Positions 38,423-49,709 are shown, counted from the first letter of the stretch. The stretch: 64,000 bases of DNA from an uncultured Chromatiaceae bacterium (GCA_964395315.1 CAYNBI010000003.1:11782-75781), one strand, 5' to 3'. Program-made: numbers and translations. The notes: a model not told the origin generated them from the sequence alone.

Positions 38423-38857
38423 ATGGCGGAAGGTGAAAAGCAAGGTGCGAAGGCGTTCGGTTTCGCGCCCTATGCCGCGTCCGATAACGAGGAGTACATG
38501 AGCGCCGCCCAGGAAGAGCACTTCCGCGAAATCCTCCTGGCGTGGAAACGGAGTCTAATGGAGGAAGTGGACCGAACGGTCCACCACATGCAGGACGAGG
38601 CGACCAACTTTCCGGACCCGAACGACCGCGCGACCCAGGAGTCCGAGTTCAGCCTAGAGCTGCGGACGCGCGACCGCGAACGCAAGCTGATCAAGAAGAT
38701 CGACGAGGCGCTCACCCGCCTCGACAATAACGAGTACGGCTACTGCAGCGCCTGCGGCGTAGAGATCGGCATACGCCGCCTCGAGGCGCGCCCCACCGCC
38801 ACGCTCTGCATCGACTGCAAGACCTTGGACGAGATTCGGGAAAAGCAGCGCGGCTGA
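38423..38857 (+). CDS. dksA: RNA polymerase-binding transcription factor DksA
   Basis: The coiled-coil tip is DPNDRATQE, and the zinc finger is [25 protein letters not shown]. Confidence 0.95.
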   Translation: MAEGEKQGAKAFGFAPYAASDNEEYMSAAQEEHFREILLAWKRSLMEEVDRTVHHMQDEATNFPDPNDRATQESEFSLELRTRDRERKLIKKIDEALTRLDNNEYGYCSACGVEIGIRRLEARPTATLCIDCKTLDEIREKQRG

Positions 38858-38876
38858 GTTCCTCCGCGCGGCGCGT

Positions 38877-39803
38877 GTGCCACCGCCCGCTCCAAGACCA
38901 GTCTACCGGGGGCGATTCGCCCCCTCCCCCACGGGTCCCCTGCACTTCGGATCTCTCGTCGCGGCCCTCGGCAGCTGGCTTGAGGCGCGTCAGCGTCAAG
39001 GCGTATGGCTGGTCCGCATGGAAGATCTGGACTCCCCGCGCATCGTGCCGGGGTGCGGCGACGACATCCTTCGCACCCTCGAGGCCCTGGGTCTGGAATG
39101 GGATGGCACCGTCGTCTACCAGGACGCGCGCCGGGGTGACTATGCGGAGGCGCTCGAGTCGCTTCGACGCAAAGGGCTCTTGTTCCCATGCGCGTGCAGC
39201 CGCAGAGACGTCGCCATCGCTGGCCGCGACGGCGCGGAGGGTCCCATCTACCCCGGCACCTGCCGCCCGGGTCTGCCGCCAGGGCGGCGCGCGCGGACTC
39301 TGCGGATGCGAACGGAATCCCCACCGATCAGCTTTTCCGACCTCGTCCAGGGGGAACTCGCTCAGGACCTGCAGCAGGAGGTGGGTGATTTCGTTCTGAG
39401 GCGCGCGGACGGAATTCACGCCTACCAGCTTGCCGTGGTGGTCGACGACGCCTTCCAGGGGGTGACCGGCGTCGTTCGGGGCGCGGATCTGGTGCTCTCC
39501 ACGCCGCGCCAGATCTTTCTGCAGCGCGCGCTCGGTTTCGCCTCGCCGGAGTATGCCCATCTGCCGGTCGCCGTGGATGCCCTGGGTCGCAAGCTCAGCA
39601 AATCCGATGCCGCTGCGCCCGTCAATGCCGGAGATCCCTTGCCGGCATTGCTTCAGGCCTGGCGCTTCCTGGGCCAGCCTCCCTTTCCCGAGGCCCCGGC
39701 GAACCTGCGCGAGTTCCAGGAGCAGGCGCTGCAGAACTGGTCGATTCGGCGCGTACCCACCGCACGCGCCCTGCCCATCCCACCACGTCGAGGCAGGCTT
39801 TAA
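38877..39803 (+). CDS. gluQ: Glutamyl-Q tRNA(Asp) synthetase
   Basis: YRGRFAPSPTGPLHFGS...RMEDLD...LSKS. GTG start. It shows the conserved dksA-gluQ synteny. Confidence 0.9.
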   Translation: MPPPAPRPVYRGRFAPSPTGPLHFGSLVAALGSWLEARQRQGVWLVRMEDLDSPRIVPGCGDDILRTLEALGLEWDGTVVYQDARRGDYAEALESLRRKGLLFPCACSRRDVAIAGRDGAEGPIYPGTCRPGLPPGRRARTLRMRTESPPISFSDLVQGELAQDLQQEVGDFVLRRADGIHAYQLAVVVDDAFQGVTGVVRGADLVLSTPRQIFLQRALGFASPEYAHLPVAVDALGRKLSKSDAAAPVNAGDPLPALLQAWRFLGQPPFPEAPANLREFQEQALQNWSIRRVPTARALPIPPRRGRL

Positions 39804-39939
39804 GGCCTCGGCGCCCGATTCACCCGGCCGGCGGGGAGAGCGCCTTCAATCTGACCCACCACGACTCCGTCAGGGCGCTTGCGTACTACCCGTGCTATTT
39901 CCAGCATCGGGCTGAGGTTGGCGCCGTCCGATGCCGGGA

Positions 39940-42189
39940 TCAGGCCAACTCCACGCTCTCCACGCGCTGGAAGCCCCGCGGGAGCTTCTTGCCGCGGCGA
40001 CCGCGCTCGCCCTGATACTGATCGAGATCGGCGGGCTTGAGTGTGAAGTGACGCCTGCCTGATCGAATCGTCAGGCTCGCACCCTCGTGGACGACGGCCA
40101 GGACGGTGACGAATTCTTCCCTGGACCTGACCTTTGCCGCCGGGATGTTGATGATCTTGTTGCCCTTGCCCCGCGGCAACTCCGGCAGCTCCGAGACCGG
40201 GAAGATGAGCATGTGCCCGCTGTTGGTGATCGCGGCCAGCCTGTCGCTGTCTCTCTTGAAGATCTGTGCCGGGGGCAGCACCTGCGCGCCCGGGGGCAGG
40301 GTCAGCACTGCCTTTCCCGCCTTCGGCTTGGCGTACAGGGCCTCGAGCGTAGCGATGAAGCCATAGCCGGCGTCGGATGCCAGCAGATACTGCGTGGTCG
40401 CCTCGCCGCCGAGCACGGCCAGGAAGGCCGATCCGGGCGGTGGATCGAGCCGCCCGGTGAGCGGCTCGCCCTGGCCTCTCGCCGACGGCAACGTATGGGC
40501 CTGCAGCGAATAGCTGCGGCCGGTCGTATCCAACAGCACCACTGGCTGATTGCTGCGCACGAACGCCGAGGCGAGATAGCGGTCTCCCGCCTTGTAGCTA
40601 AGCCCCAGGGGATCGATCTCGTGCCCCTTGGCCGAGCGTACCCAACCCTTCTCCGACAGGACCACCGTCACCGGCTCGCTGGGGCTGAGCTCGGTCTCGT
40701 CCAGGGCGGCGGAGGCGGGACGCGCCCGGATGGGGGATCGGCGATCGTCGCCGTATTTCTCCGCGTCCTTTTTGATCTCCTCGCGGACGAGCCTCTTGAG
40801 CTCGGACTCGCTCCCCAGGGTCCTTTCCAGCCACTCCCGCTCCTTTGCCAGTTCCTCCTGCTCGGCGCGGATCTTCATCTCCTCCAGGCGGGCGAGCTGA
40901 CGCAGGCGCGTGTTCAGCACATACTCGGCCTGTGCATCGGAGAGCGCGAAGCGGGCCATGAGTACGGGCTTGGGCTCGTCTTCGCTGCGGATGATGCGGA
41001 TCACCTCGTCGATATTGAGGAAGGCGATCAGCAGACCTTCCAACAGGTGCAGCCGCTCCAGGACCTTGTTCAACCGGTGCTGCAGGCGCCGGCGGACGGT
41101 CTCGGTGCGGTAGCTCAGCCATTCGACCAGGATCTCGCGCAGGTCCATGACCCGCGGGCGGCCGTTCAGGCCGATCATGTTGAGGTTGACCCGGTAGTTG
41201 CGCTCCAGATCGGTGGTGGCGAACAGGTGCGACATCAGCCGTTCCACGTCCACCCGGTTGGAGCGAGGGACGATCACGAGGCGGGTCGGGCTCTCGTGAT
41301 CGGACTCGTCGCGCAGGTCCTCGATCATGGGCAGCTTCTTGGCCTGCATCTGGGCGGCGATCTGCTCCATGATGCGGTTGCCCGAGACCTGGTAGGGCAG
41401 CGCGGTGATGACGATGTCTCCCTGCTCCAGCTCGTAACGGGCGCGCAGCTTCACGCTGCCGCCGCCGGTCTGGTACATGCGCCGGATCTCGTCGGCGGGG
41501 GTGACGATCTCCGCGGCGGTCGGGTAATCCGGCCCCGGGACATGCTGCATCAGGTCATCGAGGGTCGCCTTCGGGTGCTTGAGCAGGTGAATGCAGGCGG
41601 CGGCGACCTCCCGCAGGTTGTGGGAGGGGATGTCGGTGGCCATGCCCACGGCAATGCCGGTGGCGCCGTTGAGCAGCACGTTCGGCAGGCGGGCCGGCAG
41701 CAGCTTGGGCTCCTCCAGGGTGCCGTCGAAGTTGGGCTGCCAGTCCACCGTCCCCTGTCCCACCTCGGCGAGCAGCACCTCAGCATAGGGCGCGAGCCGC
41801 GCCTCGGTGTAGCGCATGGCGGCGAATGACTTGGGGTCATCCGGCGAGCCCCAGTTCCCCTGCCCGTCGACCAGGGGATAGCGGTAGGAGAAGTCCTGGG
41901 CCATAAGGACCATGGCCTCGTAGCAGGCCGTGTCCCCGTGGGGATGGAACTTGCCCAGCACGTCGCCGACGGTGCGGGCGGACTTCTTGAACTTGGCGGC
42001 AGCCGAGAGCCCCAGCTCCGACATGGCGTAGAGGATGCGCCGCTGCACGGGCTTGAGGCCATCCCCCACGTGGGGCAAGGCACGGTCGAGAATGACGTAC
42101 ATGGAGTAATCCAGGTACGCCTTCTCGCTGAAGACCTCGAGCGGCATGCGCTCCAGGCCCTCGCTGTTGTAGACGGGTGTATCGGTCAT
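39940..42189 (-). CDS. parC: DNA topoisomerase IV subunit A
   Basis: [19 protein letters not shown]...HPHGD...AMRYTE (catalytic Tyr); 749 aa. Confidence 0.93.
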   Translation of the reverse strand: MTDTPVYNSEGLERMPLEVFSEKAYLDYSMYVILDRALPHVGDGLKPVQRRILYAMSELGLSAAAKFKKSARTVGDVLGKFHPHGDTACYEAMVLMAQDFSYRYPLVDGQGNWGSPDDPKSFAAMRYTEARLAPYAEVLLAEVGQGTVDWQPNFDGTLEEPKLLPARLPNVLLNGATGIAVGMATDIPSHNLREVAAACIHLLKHPKATLDDLMQHVPGPDYPTAAEIVTPADEIRRMYQTGGGSVKLRARYELEQGDIVITALPYQVSGNRIMEQIAAQMQAKKLPMIEDLRDESDHESPTRLVIVPRSNRVDVERLMSHLFATTDLERNYRVNLNMIGLNGRPRVMDLREILVEWLSYRTETVRRRLQHRLNKVLERLHLLEGLLIAFLNIDEVIRIIRSEDEPKPVLMARFALSDAQAEYVLNTRLRQLARLEEMKIRAEQEELAKEREWLERTLGSESELKRLVREEIKKDAEKYGDDRRSPIRARPASAALDETELSPSEPVTVVLSEKGWVRSAKGHEIDPLGLSYKAGDRYLASAFVRSNQPVVLLDTTGRSYSLQAHTLPSARGQGEPLTGRLDPPPGSAFLAVLGGEATTQYLLASDAGYGFIATLEALYAKPKAGKAVLTLPPGAQVLPPAQIFKRDSDRLAAITNSGHMLIFPVSELPELPRGKGNKIINIPAAKVRSREEFVTVLAVVHEGASLTIRSGRRHFTLKPADLDQYQGERGRRGKKLPRGFQRVESVELA

Positions 42190-42334
42190 GTCGTTCGCGG
42201 CGGGAGACTTCGATCAGGCCGCGCATGATGCCGCAAAGGGGGCGGAAATCACAAATCCAGCGCCGCGGAATGGCGCCTGGCCACCACAGAGCACGCCGGC
42301 CATCCGGGGGGACGACGGGCGTGCTCGCGCTCGG

Positions 42335-43609
42335 TCAGCGCGCGGCCGCCAGCGCCTGGTCGATGTCGGCGACGATGTCGTCTATGTGCTCGATGCCGAT
42401 GGACAGCCTCACCATGTCCTCCGACACGCCGGCGGTAGCCAGCTCGGCAGGCGAAAGCTGGCGGTGCGTGGTAGTGGCGGGGTGACAGGCCAGGGTCTTG
42501 GCGTCGCCGATGTTCACTAGGCGCACGGCAAGCTGCAGGGCATCGATGAACTTCGCGCCCGCCTCACGCCCGCCCTTGATGCCGAAAGACAGGATGCTCG
42601 AAGCCCTGCCGCCCATGTACTTGTCCACCAGAGCCTTGTCGGGGCTGTCATCTAGCCCGGCGTAGCGCACCCATTCCACCTGCGCATGTTCCTTGAGGTA
42701 GCTCGCGACCGCGACCGCATTCTCGCAGTGGCGGTCCATGCGCACCGGCAGGGTCTCGATCCCCTGCAGCACCAGGAAACTGTTGAAGGGCGAGATGGCC
42801 GCGCCCATGTTGCGCAGCGGCACTACGCGGGCGCGGGCGATGTAGGCCGCCGGACCCAAGGCCTGTGTGTACACCACGCCGTGATAGGACACGTCCGGCT
42901 CGTTGAGACGGCGGAAGCGCTCGGCGTGATCGGCCCAGGGAAACTTGCCCGAGTCCACCAGGACGCCGCCAATGGTGGTGCCGTGCCCCCCCATGTATTT
43001 GGTCAGGGCGTGAACGACGATATCGCACCCATGCTCGAAGGGGCGGCAGAGATAGGGTGTCGGTACCGTGTTATCGACGATCACCGGTACGCCATGGGCG
43101 TGCGCCATGTCCGAGATGGCCTGGAGATCGGCGACGTTTCCCGCCGGATTGCCGATGGATTCGCAGAAGACGGCCTTGGTGCGCGCGTCGATCTTGGCGG
43201 CCATGCCCTCGACGTCGTTGGGGGCAACCATCCGTACCTCGATCCCCAACTGCGGCAGCGTATGGGCGAAGAGGTTGTAGGTGCCGCCGTAAAGGGTCGA
43301 TGTTGACACGATGTTGTCGCCGGACTCGGCGATGGTAAAGATCGCGTAGGTCGTGGCCGCCATGCCCGAGGCCAGGGCCAGCCCGCCGATGCCGCCCTCC
43401 ATCGCCGCCACCCGCTTCTCCAGCACGTCGCTGGTTGGATTCATGATGCGCGTGTAGATGTTGCCCTGGACCTTGAGGTCAAACAGATCCGCCCCGTGCT
43501 GGGTGTCGTCGAAGGCATACGAAGTGGTTTGATAGATGGGGGTGGCGACCGCCTTGGTGGTCGGGTCCGGCGCGAAGCCGGCATGGATGGCCAGGGTCTC
43601 GATCTTCAT
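42335..43609 (-). CDS. metY: O-acetylhomoserine aminocarboxypropyltransferase (sulfhydrylase)
   Basis: MKIETLAIHAG...YTRIMNPT...HALTKYMGGHG (PLP lysine). ATG at 43609. Confidence 0.9.
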   Translation of the reverse strand: MKIETLAIHAGFAPDPTTKAVATPIYQTTSYAFDDTQHGADLFDLKVQGNIYTRIMNPTSDVLEKRVAAMEGGIGGLALASGMAATTYAIFTIAESGDNIVSTSTLYGGTYNLFAHTLPQLGIEVRMVAPNDVEGMAAKIDARTKAVFCESIGNPAGNVADLQAISDMAHAHGVPVIVDNTVPTPYLCRPFEHGCDIVVHALTKYMGGHGTTIGGVLVDSGKFPWADHAERFRRLNEPDVSYHGVVYTQALGPAAYIARARVVPLRNMGAAISPFNSFLVLQGIETLPVRMDRHCENAVAVASYLKEHAQVEWVRYAGLDDSPDKALVDKYMGGRASSILSFGIKGGREAGAKFIDALQLAVRLVNIGDAKTLACHPATTTHRQLSPAELATAGVSEDMVRLSIGIEHIDDIVADIDQALAAAR

Positions 43610-44019
43610 CTGGTGTGTCCTTTGGTGGTTGTCGTTCTCATGGCACCACGGGTGCGTGGCGGGGAGCGCCTGCGCCATGTGCCGATGCCGTATGCACGGC
43701 CGGACAGGGTTCTGGGTCTCTGCGGCAACGCTGGAGAGATCCTCGCCTCACACGGTCGTGCCTGTTGGATGGTACTTTCGTGCCGTCGGGCTGTCGACGC
43801 CGGCACGCCGGAGTGACACTCGAGCCGTCCGCGCGACCCGGGCCGCCCAGTCCGACGCCCCAGCACCGAGAAATCCGCTCAAGCTTGTCCGAATCGGTCC
43901 AACTTTGTCGGCCATCGGTATTAGAATAGAAATGAATGCCCATGCTTCCCGCAGTGGCATATCCGGAAGGGCGCGGCTACTCTCTTGCGATCGGGCACAC
44001 CCGTTCAGAAGGGGCGAAC

Positions 44020-44874
44020 ATGATCGAGATCAGACACAAAGATACCGGAGACGTGCTCGAAACCTTGGAGGCGGAAACCCTTGTTGGCGCGGACTTGCGG
44101 GATATGCGCCTCAACGGGGCGGATTTTCGCGGCGCCGACCTGAGCGGTGCCAATCTCGAGCTGAGTGATCTCATCGAGGCCGATCTGAGCAGCGCTATCC
44201 TGCGCAACGCCGTCCTGCTCGGCGCGCACCTCGACCGCGCCAACCTCGCCGGTGCGGACCTAACCCGCGCGCGCCTGGGCTCGGAGCATCCATCGCGATC
44301 GGCGATGCTGAGCGGAGCCGACCTCTCAAGCGTCAATCTGGAGGGTGCGGACCTGCGTAACGCAGAGATCCGTCAGGCCAATCTGCAGGGTGCCAACCTC
44401 AGCGGAGCGGACTTGCGGGGAACGGATTTCTACGGCAGTAACCTTTGTCACGTGACCGCGCGCAAGGCCCTGTTCATCCGCGCCAACCTGCGCGAGACCA
44501 ACCTGTGCGGCGCGGACCTGCGCGATTCGCACCTCAACGACGCCAATCTCGTGCGCGCCAGCATGCACGAGGCCGACCTATCGAGCGTGCATCCGGGCGG
44601 ATTCACCGTCATCAACCTGGCGAACCTGGAGGGCGCGGACCTGCGGGGGGCGAACCTGCGCAATGTCTCCGCCCAGGACACGAACATGCGCAATGCCGAC
44701 CTTCGCGATGTGGACTTCAGCGAGGCGGTGCTCGGGGGAGCGATCCTGCGCCGGGCGAACGTCGCCAACGCCGACTTTACCGGTGTCGAATTGGCGAGCG
44801 TCACCATGGAATTCGCCAACTTCTCCAAGGCCCGCAACGCGGTGATTCCGGCGTACAAGAAGAACCTGCGGTAA
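44020..44874 (+). CDS. Pentapeptide-repeat protein (284 aa)
   Basis: A(D/N)L(x)x repeats are nearly continuous (GADLSGANLELSDLIEADLSSAIL...). gaaGGGGcgaacATG provides the start context. Confidence 0.85.
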   Translation: MIEIRHKDTGDVLETLEAETLVGADLRDMRLNGADFRGADLSGANLELSDLIEADLSSAILRNAVLLGAHLDRANLAGADLTRARLGSEHPSRSAMLSGADLSSVNLEGADLRNAEIRQANLQGANLSGADLRGTDFYGSNLCHVTARKALFIRANLRETNLCGADLRDSHLNDANLVRASMHEADLSSVHPGGFTVINLANLEGADLRGANLRNVSAQDTNMRNADLRDVDFSEAVLGGAILRRANVANADFTGVELASVTMEFANFSKARNAVIPAYKKNLR

Positions 44875-45047
44875 CGGACCGGCTCAGCCGCCCCGGCGAC
44901 CGGTAGCGTCGGCGCTGGTCACAGAGACTGCGTCGACGTAGCCCAACCCCGGCCGTCTGACCTGCCAGGGAAATGCGGCGATTGGGCGCCTCCGGGGGCG
45001 CGTCGACACGGCGCCGTTCTCAAGCGCCTAAGCGAGTGGAAACGGAG

Positions 45048-45075
45048 CCACCCAAGAACCGCGGTTCTTGGGTGG
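45048..45075. terminator. 28-nt perfect palindrome between convergent genes (possible bidirectional terminator)
   Basis: ccacccaagaaccg|cggttcttgggtgg, with weak T-tracts. Confidence 0.3.
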
Positions 45076-45206
45076 CGTGCTGACGTGTTCCCGGATGGCC
45101 ACCCTCAGCGTCTGGGAGGTCCGCTCTCCCGACTGGACGCCGACCGCTGCTCAGGACCCGCCTGGCCCCGGCCGCGAATACGGCGCATCAGCCGGGAGCG
45201 ATCCCG

Positions 45207-46394
45207 TCACTTCAGAGACTGATAGTAATCCATGAGTATCTTTGCCACCTCCGGACGGGAGAATTCCGGCGGAGGCGCGATGCCGTTGCCGAGCATCTCG
45301 CGCACTTTTGTGCCCGACAAAAGCACGAAGTCTTCCTTGGTATGGTCGGGCGCCTCGCGCATCATGACCACCTTGTTCAGCTTTTTCGAGTAAGCAGTGT
45401 GGTCTGCCTTGAAGATCTCGATCTCGAGGGCGCCCTCCGGCACCTCTTCGTCGAAGATCGTCTGGGCGTCGAAGGCGCCGTAGTAGTCGCCGACCCCGGC
45501 GTGGTCGCGACCGATGATGAAGTGGGTCGCACCCATGTTCTGGCGGAAGTAGGCGTGCAGGACCGCCTCGCGGGGCCCCGCGTAGAGCATATCGAAGCCG
45601 TAACCCGTGACCATGGCGCTGTTGGGCGGGAAATAGAGCTCGACCATCTTGCGGATCGCGGCATCACGGACCGGCGCTGGAATGTCGCCCGGCTTGAGCT
45701 TGCCGAGCAGCATGTGGATCACCAGACCGTCACATCCCAACCGGTCCATGGCCATGTGACAAAGCTCTTCATGGGCCAGGTGCATGGGATTTCGGGTCTG
45801 AAAGGCAACGACCTTCGTCCATCCGCGCTCTTGGATCTCGTTTCGGATCTCAACCGCCGTACGGAAGGTGTCGGGAAAGTCGTCCTGGAAGTACGAGAAG
45901 TGTAGGACCTGGACGGCTCCGGAAACGGCGAAACGGCCCTGGCTGTTGAAGGCCGCGACACCCGGGTGCTCCACGTCATCCGTACGGTAGACCTTGTCGG
46001 TCATGTAGGCCATCTGCTCATCCGTGACCTCCTCGATCGCCTCGACATCCATGATGGCAAGCACAGGGGTTCCCTCGACGTTCGGGTCACGCAACGCGAT
46101 GCGTTGTGCGCCCCGAATCGCGTCCACGTTCTCGAGCAGGCACATGACGGGAACCGGGAAGAAGGCGCCGTTGGTCATGCGCATGTTCTCGCAGGTGCCC
46201 ATGGCGTCGGCCACATTCATGAAACCGCGAAGCGGGCTGAAGTAGCCGCCCCCCATCATCACCGCATTTCCGGCGGCCTGGGAACTGATGACGACCGAGG
46301 GCAGTCCCTCTGCCTCGCTCATCAGCTCGTGGTGCTTGTCAGGATCGTAGACGAACAAGGGTTGCAGTTCATCGGCGCCGACTGGTTTGATCAT
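45207..46394 (-). CDS. sat: Sulfate adenylyltransferase (ATP sulfurylase, homo-oligomeric Sat type)
   Basis: FQTRNPMHLAHE...HFIIGRDHAGVG; AAGGAGaggcagaagATG gives a strong SD. Confidence 0.92.
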   Translation of the reverse strand: MIKPVGADELQPLFVYDPDKHHELMSEAEGLPSVVISSQAAGNAVMMGGGYFSPLRGFMNVADAMGTCENMRMTNGAFFPVPVMCLLENVDAIRGAQRIALRDPNVEGTPVLAIMDVEAIEEVTDEQMAYMTDKVYRTDDVEHPGVAAFNSQGRFAVSGAVQVLHFSYFQDDFPDTFRTAVEIRNEIQERGWTKVVAFQTRNPMHLAHEELCHMAMDRLGCDGLVIHMLLGKLKPGDIPAPVRDAAIRKMVELYFPPNSAMVTGYGFDMLYAGPREAVLHAYFRQNMGATHFIIGRDHAGVGDYYGAFDAQTIFDEEVPEGALEIEIFKADHTAYSKKLNKVVMMREAPDHTKEDFVLLSGTKVREMLGNGIAPPPEFSRPEVAKILMDYYQSLK

Positions 46395-46843
46395 CTTCTG
46401 CCTCTCCTTACGACCCTCTCTCGTGAACCCGGATGCCGTGGAAGACGACGTCCGGAACGCTGAGGAGCCTTGGTTTTGAAAGCTTTCGGCGGGAATCGCC
46501 GGGGACGCGCAACCGCTTCGTCACTCGGACCGAGACGGTGCAGGCACAACCGCCGAAACCTTAACACAGTCACGGGATTGACCATCCAAGGTTGTGTTTA
46601 TAGCGGCAACAAAAAACCTTGCCATTTCGCGTACAATGTCACGGCCAGCCGGCGCCACGAAGCGGGTTTGGTTAGGAGCCGGAAACGGCAGCGCCCGCGG
46701 ACGCTTACCGGCCGCGCCGATTTCGGATAACATTGCCGAAAAGCACAAAGACTCAGGCTTCACTGCGTTCCGCTTGCCGAACGCGGACGACCGCTTCAGT
46801 TTTCAGAACCGTATCTCGTCCAGTTGAGTTCCGAGAGCCCACA

Positions 46844-47062
46844 ATGCCCTACTACGTTTACCGGATCGCTCCGCCACTCGACCTGACACACATCGACACC
46901 AAAGATAATTACAAAGACGCTCGCGGCTTGGTACGCGGGTTGCGGGAGGGGCTACAGAATGGTGACGAAGTTCAGATTCGAATGGTGTTCGCCAGAAATC
47001 AGGCGGAAGCGGAGAAGCTGTTGTCTACGCCCCGCGATGAAAGGGTCATCGGAGAGGATTAG
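46844..47062 (+). CDS. Hypothetical small protein (72 aa)
   Basis: MPYYVYRIAPPLDLTHIDTKDNYKDARGLVRGL..., with GAGAG 8 nt upstream of the ATG. It has balanced, protein-like composition. Confidence 0.55.
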   Translation: MPYYVYRIAPPLDLTHIDTKDNYKDARGLVRGLREGLQNGDEVQIRMVFARNQAEAEKLLSTPRDERVIGED

Positions 47063-47182
47063 CCGCGAGCCGCAGCGTGAGGGGCCGCACCGTGCCGACC
47101 GACCGGATTCACCTGAAGCACTCGCGCGAAGGCGGACCACGCACCTGCCCGTAGGACCAGTTCAGAGCGCCCCGAATCAGCA

Positions 47183-49477
47183 ATGATCGAGACTAGACCG
47201 CACAGCACCTCGGATCGCAAACGTTATTCTGAGGTGCTGGAACAGTGCCGAGATATCGTGCTGATCTTCAGCAACTCCCAACTCTCCGAGCTGTTTGAGA
47301 ATGCTGGCTCCGCCCTGCTCGATTTCGCCGAGCGCGCGGAGAACAACGCCATTCAAGGGCGCTTCTTCGAGGCCATGGGCCTGGTGCAGCGGCGTCGCCC
47401 CGACATAGAGCATATCTATCGCCAGGAGATAGCCGACGGATTCGACAACTTCGGCCACATGGCACCGCCCTCCCAAGAGCACGAGTCAGGCGCCGCCGAC
47501 GGAGAAGATCCCGACGGCCTAGATTCGAAGCTGTCCCTGGTCGAGCCGGATGAGATGGAGGAATCCGTCGCCGCGGAGAACCTGACCATCAAGGCCAACG
47601 CGACCTACTTCCAGGAGCTCTACGCCCTCAGCCATCGCCTTGCGGTCATTAACGACGGCAAGAAGCTCAAGGAATACGAGATCCCCGCCGGCCCCCATCA
47701 TCTGGTGCGCGCCTATCGCCGGTCGCTCGCGAATCTCGACCTCGAGGTGAGGATCAAGATCATCCTCTACGCCTTGTTCGACAAGTTCGTGATGAAGCAG
47801 GCCAAGGGTCTGTATGACGAGCTCAACAGCAGCCTCAAGGCCGCCGGGATCCTTCCCAACCTGAAGCCCGTGCCGTTGCGCGGTGATCAGGCTGGCGCGC
47901 AAGCCGGCGCCAAACCGGATGCGAGCGAAGAGGAAGCCGAATCGCCTCCGGAGGGTCAGGAGGCGCCGTCGCTTGGCGCGGAGCTCTTCGACTCGATCAT
48001 CGACCTGATGTCCAATCGCCGCTTCGGCGGTCGTCGCCCCGGGGCGCGCCGGCCACGCGCGCCGGTCGATCCCTCCGTGGCTGCGGCGGAATCGCGTCAC
48101 CTCGTGTCCGCCCTCGGGAATCTGCAGTCGCAGACCAGCAGCGAATCCGTGTCGGCCCTGGTGGCCGAAGCGATCGAGATCCCGAACATCGAGGTCGATA
48201 CCGCCTTCATCGAAAAGGTCAAGACCACTCTGACCCAGGAACGGGAGCATGTGCTGTCGCAGATCGACCGCGACAAGCTCTCTCCGATGGATGCGGACCT
48301 GATCGATCTTATCGGCATGTTGTTCGAGTACATGCTGAACGACCCGGTCCTCCCGAACGTGGCCAAGGCACTGCTCAGCCACCTGCATACCCCGTACCTC
48401 AAGGTCGCGCTCATTGACCGCCGGCTGCTGGTGGATGTGAATCACCCGGCACGACGCCTACTCGACCAGATGGTCGAATCCGGCAGCCTGTGGGTGGAGG
48501 AGAGCAACCCGCAACGCGGTATCTTCCCCGCCATGCGGCGGATCGTAGACCGCGTGCTACAGGAATTCACCAACGACGTGTCGCTGTTCGAGGAGCTCCT
48601 CACCTCCTTCGAGCAGTCGATGAGCGAGCAGCAGCGGCGGACTGACACCACGGAGCAGCGCACCCAGGACGCCGCCCGCGGGCGGGAGAAGCTGCAATTA
48701 GCCAAGCGCAGGGCCAATCACCAGATTCAGCTCCTGCTGCAGAACGGCCCACTGCCGCCCCAGGTTGTTGCCTTTCTGAGCAAGACCTGGATGGATCATC
48801 TGGTATTTATCCTCCTCCGCGACGAGCACGAGGACCGCGGCGACGCGTGGAAGCAGGCCGTGACCACTGCCGAGAACCTGTTCTCGCTCTTTGACCCCGA
48901 TGCTGATGCAGCCGAGCGCAAGCGGCGGTACGCATCCATCCCGACGTTGCGCGAGGAGATCTCCGCCGCGATCCAACACACGGGCAGCTACACGCATGCA
49001 ACGCTTGATGCCCTCTACTCACTGCTGGAAGCACCCGACACCTGGGACCAAAAGGCCGCAGAGCGTGCCGCCGAGTCTGCTCCTCCGGCACAACAGCTGG
49101 AACCGCCTCCCGCGTTAGCCGAGGGCCCGTCGGCAGCGGATGAGCAGATCAGCGAGAAGGAGCAAGCAGTCATTAAACGACTGCGCAAGATGAAATTCGG
49201 AACCTGGTTCGAATTCAGCGGGGAATCCGGCGGACCGTCACGCAGGATCAAGCTCTCCTGGCTCAGCCCCCTGACCGCTACCTGCATGTTCGTGGATCGA
49301 TCGGGCATGCAGGCGGAAATCAAGACACTCCACGAACTGGCACAGGAGATCCTGTCGGGGCGCGCCAAGGTCATCCCGCGGCCCAAGCATCCGTTTATCG
49401 AGCGGGCGATGGTCTCTATCCGCAAGATGCTGCAGAGCGAGGACAAGAAACCCGCGGCAGCCCCCGGTCAGCGCTGA
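47183..49477 (+). CDS. DUF1631-family protein (764 aa)
   Basis: The N-terminus LSELFENAGSALLDFAERAENNAIQGRFFEAMGLV and the length are typical of DUF1631, from recall. Confidence 0.7.
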   Translation: MIETRPHSTSDRKRYSEVLEQCRDIVLIFSNSQLSELFENAGSALLDFAERAENNAIQGRFFEAMGLVQRRRPDIEHIYRQEIADGFDNFGHMAPPSQEHESGAADGEDPDGLDSKLSLVEPDEMEESVAAENLTIKANATYFQELYALSHRLAVINDGKKLKEYEIPAGPHHLVRAYRRSLANLDLEVRIKIILYALFDKFVMKQAKGLYDELNSSLKAAGILPNLKPVPLRGDQAGAQAGAKPDASEEEAESPPEGQEAPSLGAELFDSIIDLMSNRRFGGRRPGARRPRAPVDPSVAAAESRHLVSALGNLQSQTSSESVSALVAEAIEIPNIEVDTAFIEKVKTTLTQEREHVLSQIDRDKLSPMDADLIDLIGMLFEYMLNDPVLPNVAKALLSHLHTPYLKVALIDRRLLVDVNHPARRLLDQMVESGSLWVEESNPQRGIFPAMRRIVDRVLQEFTNDVSLFEELLTSFEQSMSEQQRRTDTTEQRTQDAARGREKLQLAKRRANHQIQLLLQNGPLPPQVVAFLSKTWMDHLVFILLRDEHEDRGDAWKQAVTTAENLFSLFDPDADAAERKRRYASIPTLREEISAAIQHTGSYTHATLDALYSLLEAPDTWDQKAAERAAESAPPAQQLEPPPALAEGPSAADEQISEKEQAVIKRLRKMKFGTWFEFSGESGGPSRRIKLSWLSPLTATCMFVDRSGMQAEIKTLHELAQEILSGRAKVIPRPKHPFIERAMVSIRKMLQSEDKKPAAAPGQR

Positions 49478-49709
49478 TATCCGCCAATAAGGGATCGGAG
49501 CAGTTCGCCCCGGCTTGCGGCGGGGGCAAGGACTTCCCTCCCCAGTTTTGGCTTGCGTGCAGGAACAAAGGCGTCTCGCCAGCTGAATTACCGGGTGTTC
49601 CACAGACGGCGCGCACGGAAGTGGACGCGAGTACGAGCCGAAGCAAATCGGCGCGGCCGCCGCAAGGGTTGAGGAATATCTCCCTGAGGAATGAGGGCGC
49701 TCCGCCCTC

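Noticed and set aside
43610-43900. SAM-type riboswitch in the long metY leader.
   Set aside because: I found no S-box core (GAGGGA...GGCAACC...GGUGC) or SAM-II-like motif on the minus strand, only generic GC hairpins.
44040-44800. Periodic DNA repeats that might be taken for a tandem-repeat or CRISPR-like array.
   Set aside because: The 15-nt periodicity is the coding consequence of pentapeptide repeats within one continuous ORF. There is no repeat-spacer structure.
46600-46640. Sigma-70 promoter TTGCCA...TACAAT in the sat / small-ORF intergenic region.
   Set aside because: The spacer is only 7 nt, and no acceptable -35 lies at 16-18 nt.
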